DNA of 53,106 bases. Origin: Candidatus Dormiibacterota bacterium. GTDB lineage: Bacteria > Chloroflexota > Dormibacteria > Aeolococcales > Aeolococcaceae. Location: the NCBI GenBank assembly GCA_036521675.1, contig DATDHG010000252.1, positions 1 to 53,106 on the forward strand, in the 5' to 3' direction. Below, one piece after another: positions 51,076 through 53,106 of this stretch (its first letter is position 1; the number at the start of each line of letters is the position of its first letter). The notes beneath the pieces were generated by a model that worked only from the letters and a program-made list of their open reading frames with translations, was not told where the DNA came from and searched no databases. A program made the translations under genes and the position numbers.

Positions 51076-52674
51076 TCAGGCACTCGCCACTCCGGCCGGC
51101 GCTGCGGCGCTCACGGGACGAGCCTGGAGCAGACTCACCAGGTGCTCGCCCACCCGGATCGCGTTGGCCATCGCTGTCAGCGCCGGGTTCACGGCTCCGA
51201 TGCTGGGGAAAAAGCTGGTGTCGACCACGTAGAGGTTGTCGAGCTCATGAGCCTTGCAGTCGACATCCAGCACGGACGTGGCGGGGTCATCGCCGAACCT
51301 GCACGTGCCCGCCTGGTGGGCACAACCTGCGATGGGGATGCTCATGTTCATGTAGAAGTTCTTGCCGAGCACATGGTGCTCGGCCATACCCGCGTGGTTG
51401 AGGATCTTCTTGAGCTCGTCGTAGAGGCCCGCAGCCTCTCTATCGTTGTTGGATTTGTAGTCGAGGCGGATGTTGCCCTCGGACGTGATCGTCACCCGGT
51501 TCTCTGACTTGGGCAGGTCCTCAGTGCTCAGCCAGAAGTCCACGGCATGGTGGGCTGTCTCGTCCAGGGTCCAGTGGGGTGCCAGGCGGGTGAGCTTGGG
51601 CTCCTCGCCCTTCATCGCCGACGCGTTCGACTTGCCCACCATCTGGATGTTGCCCAGCGGCCACTCGCGCCCCTCGCCCGCGAGATAGAAGTCGTTGAGG
51701 CTCAGGGTCTTCTGGAACACGGTGTCGTTGCGCTGCTTGGAGAGCGCGACCACAGCCTTGCAGTTGTGGAACATGTAGTTCCTTCCGACCTGGTCGGAAC
51801 CGTTGGCAAGCCCGTTGGGGTGCTTTTCGTTGGCGGACGCCAGCAGGATACTGGCGCTGTTCACGGCACCCGCGGACAGGACCACGAGGTCGGCGCTGAA
51901 GACCTCACGCTTCCCGTCGCGCATCACGACCACACCGCTGACGGCGCGCCCACTCGGCTCGGTCTCGAGCTTCACGACCTCGGCACCAACGAGCAGCGTC
52001 ACGTTGGGCATGCCGAGAATGGGTCGCACCGCGATGGCCTCAGCGTCGGCCTTGGCGTGGACCAGGCAGGGGTACCCGTCGCACCAGGCGCAGCGGATGC
52101 AGTGGCTCTGAGCCCGATGGGCCTCATCGAGCATGATCCCGCAGGGCGCGGAGAACGGGTGGTAGCCGCTCTTCAGCAGGTCATCGGACAACTGCTGCAG
52201 GCGCGGCTCGTGGGAGACGGCAGGCCACGGGTACTGCCGGGACCAGCGGCCTTCGGTGGCATCGGCGCCGTGAGTCCCGTGGACCTGGTACAGCCACTCC
52301 GCCTTGGTGTAGTAGGGCTCGAGATCATCGTAGGTGAGGGGCCAGGCCGGCGACAGGCCATCGACGTGGCGGAGCTCGCCGAAGTCCTCCGGGCGCAAGC
52401 GATACAGGGCGGCTCCGTACAGCTTGGTGGCACCCCCCACGAAGTAGTGGACCTGAGGCTGGAAGGGTTGGTGATCGGCGCCGTACCAGGTGTCTTTCGA
52501 GATGTACTTCCCCTGGACGAAGACCGCATCGGGGTTCCAGTTGTCCATCTCCCGGGGCAGGAAGCCGCCGCGCTCGAGGATCAGGATCCGCTGACCCGCG
52601 CTGGCCAGCGTATGCGCGATGGTGCCGCCGCCTGCGCCGGAGCCGATGATGATGACGTCGTATCGGTCGGTCAT
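51076..52674 (-). CDS. GMC-family FAD-dependent oxidoreductase
   Basis: YDVIIIGSGAGGGT N-terminal FAD motif. C-terminal GMC region (HQAGTCRFG..., LYVVDTSFFPS). Confidence 0.9.
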   Translation of the reverse strand: MTDRYDVIIIGSGAGGGTIAHTLASAGQRILILERGGFLPREMDNWNPDAVFVQGKYISKDTWYGADHQPFQPQVHYFVGGATKLYGAALYRLRPEDFGELRHVDGLSPAWPLTYDDLEPYYTKAEWLYQVHGTHGADATEGRWSRQYPWPAVSHEPRLQQLSDDLLKSGYHPFSAPCGIMLDEAHRAQSHCIRCAWCDGYPCLVHAKADAEAIAVRPILGMPNVTLLVGAEVVKLETEPSGRAVSGVVVMRDGKREVFSADLVVLSAGAVNSASILLASANEKHPNGLANGSDQVGRNYMFHNCKAVVALSKQRNDTVFQKTLSLNDFYLAGEGREWPLGNIQMVGKSNASAMKGEEPKLTRLAPHWTLDETAHHAVDFWLSTEDLPKSENRVTITSEGNIRLDYKSNNDREAAGLYDELKKILNHAGMAEHHVLGKNFYMNMSIPIAGCAHQAGTCRFGDDPATSVLDVDCKAHELDNLYVVDTSFFPSIGAVNPALTAMANAIRVGEHLVSLLQARPVSAAAPAGVASA

Positions 52675-52706
52675 GCGTTGGTCCTCGACAGCGGGGGAAG
52701 GGGCGG

Positions 52707-53106
52707 TCAGTTCACGGATGCCGGGGCGACCGCGACAGGCTGCGTCGAGACCACCTCATCGTCGTCATCGCCCCAGTCGATCTGGGCCGCGTCTGGCCGG
52801 TCGAGGACGGCGGGTGCGCGGTTACCGGAGAAGTAATCCCAGCCCCATGAGATGAACGCATCGGTGCGCTGGCGCATGCCGCTCAGGAGCAGAGCGTGCA
52901 CCCCCAACCAAGCCGCGAAAGCGATCGAGCCGTGCAGCTCGTGCCGATGAGCGCCCATCTCGGCCACTGCCGCGTTCCGGCCAATCATGGCCATGATGCC
53001 CTTGTCGTGATAGCGGAACTCCGTGCGTTGCTGGCCGTCGATGTCTGCAAGGATGTTCTTCGCCGCCCAGACGCCGGCCTGCATCGCGACGGATCCCAAT
53101 TGCGGG
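52707..53106 (-). CDS. NDH-2-like FAD-dependent oxidoreductase, C-terminal part only (gene continues off the right edge)
   Basis: ...FRYHDKGIMAMIGRNAAVAEMG...AWLGVHALLL... is clearly paralogous to the C-terminus of the NDH-2 at 31799..33112. The frame is open to the window edge. Confidence 0.8.
   Translation of the reverse strand, partial: PQLGSVAMQAGVWAAKNILADIDGQQRTEFRYHDKGIMAMIGRNAAVAEMGAHRHELHGSIAFAAWLGVHALLLSGMRQRTDAFISWGWDYFSGNRAPAVLDRPDAAQIDWGDDDDEVVSTQPVAVAPASVN

Noticed and set aside
1-53106. Searched for CRISPR arrays, rRNA/tRNA genes, IS elements, integrases, toxin-antitoxin pairs and defence-system hallmarks (nucleases, helicases, STAND ATPases).
   Set aside because: None seen. 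All intergenic gaps are under 270 bp. No repeat-spacer periodicity is present. Every large ORF with coding-like composition is accounted for by metabolic, transport, envelope or regulatory families.

Overview
High-GC (roughly 70% or more by eye) actinobacterial-type chromosomal segment. It is densely packed with about 50 protein-coding genes. I recognised no rRNA, tRNA, CRISPR array, integrase, transposase or other mobile element. Many long ORFs in the track are antisense or out-of-frame artefacts of the GC bias, and several real genes start well inside their listed ORF. Content from left to right: (1) a frameshifted VOC gene, a hydrolase remnant and a divergent MMPL/TetR pair. (2) A seven-gene, translationally coupled sulfur-assimilation operon: cysH (Fe-S APS-reductase type), cysC, sulfite reductase, sat, then a TauA/SsuA-type ABC importer. 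(3) An orphan membrane protein, a chimeric class-III cyclase-domain protein and a di-iron ferritin-like protein. (4) A DHA2 MFS pump followed by two head-to-head YciI(DGPF)-ECF42-like sigma factor modules. (5) A haloalkane dehalogenase, a lipoprotein, an AlkA-like glycosylase, and a FAH / F420-nitroreductase / MOSC operon. (6) A cell-envelope block: an ABC-2 exporter, then on the opposite strand an ICMT-like methyltransferase, LCP ligase, DedA, NDH-2, a GT39/ArnT-like and a GT87/DUF2029-like GT-C enzyme, and two acyl-CoA dehydrogenases. (7) DUF3105, an F420 LLM oxidoreductase, folE, HtrA, a His6-tagged RHH protein, a VOC protein, an SDR epimerase, a fused membrane/spermidine-synthase-like protein, two DUF202 genes and an FGE-family protein. 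(8) A GH15-zwf-GMC-NDH-2 operon. The most interesting sequence-level signal is a conserved ECF-type promoter motif (TGTCnn, 17-nt spacer ending CGTT, then CGTC or CGTT). It occurs three times: back-to-back between the two YciI-sigma modules, and again in front of the adjacent MFS pump. This defines a small candidate regulon for two uncharacterised ECF42/DGPF pairs. All functional calls rest on motif recognition by eye; no database search was possible.
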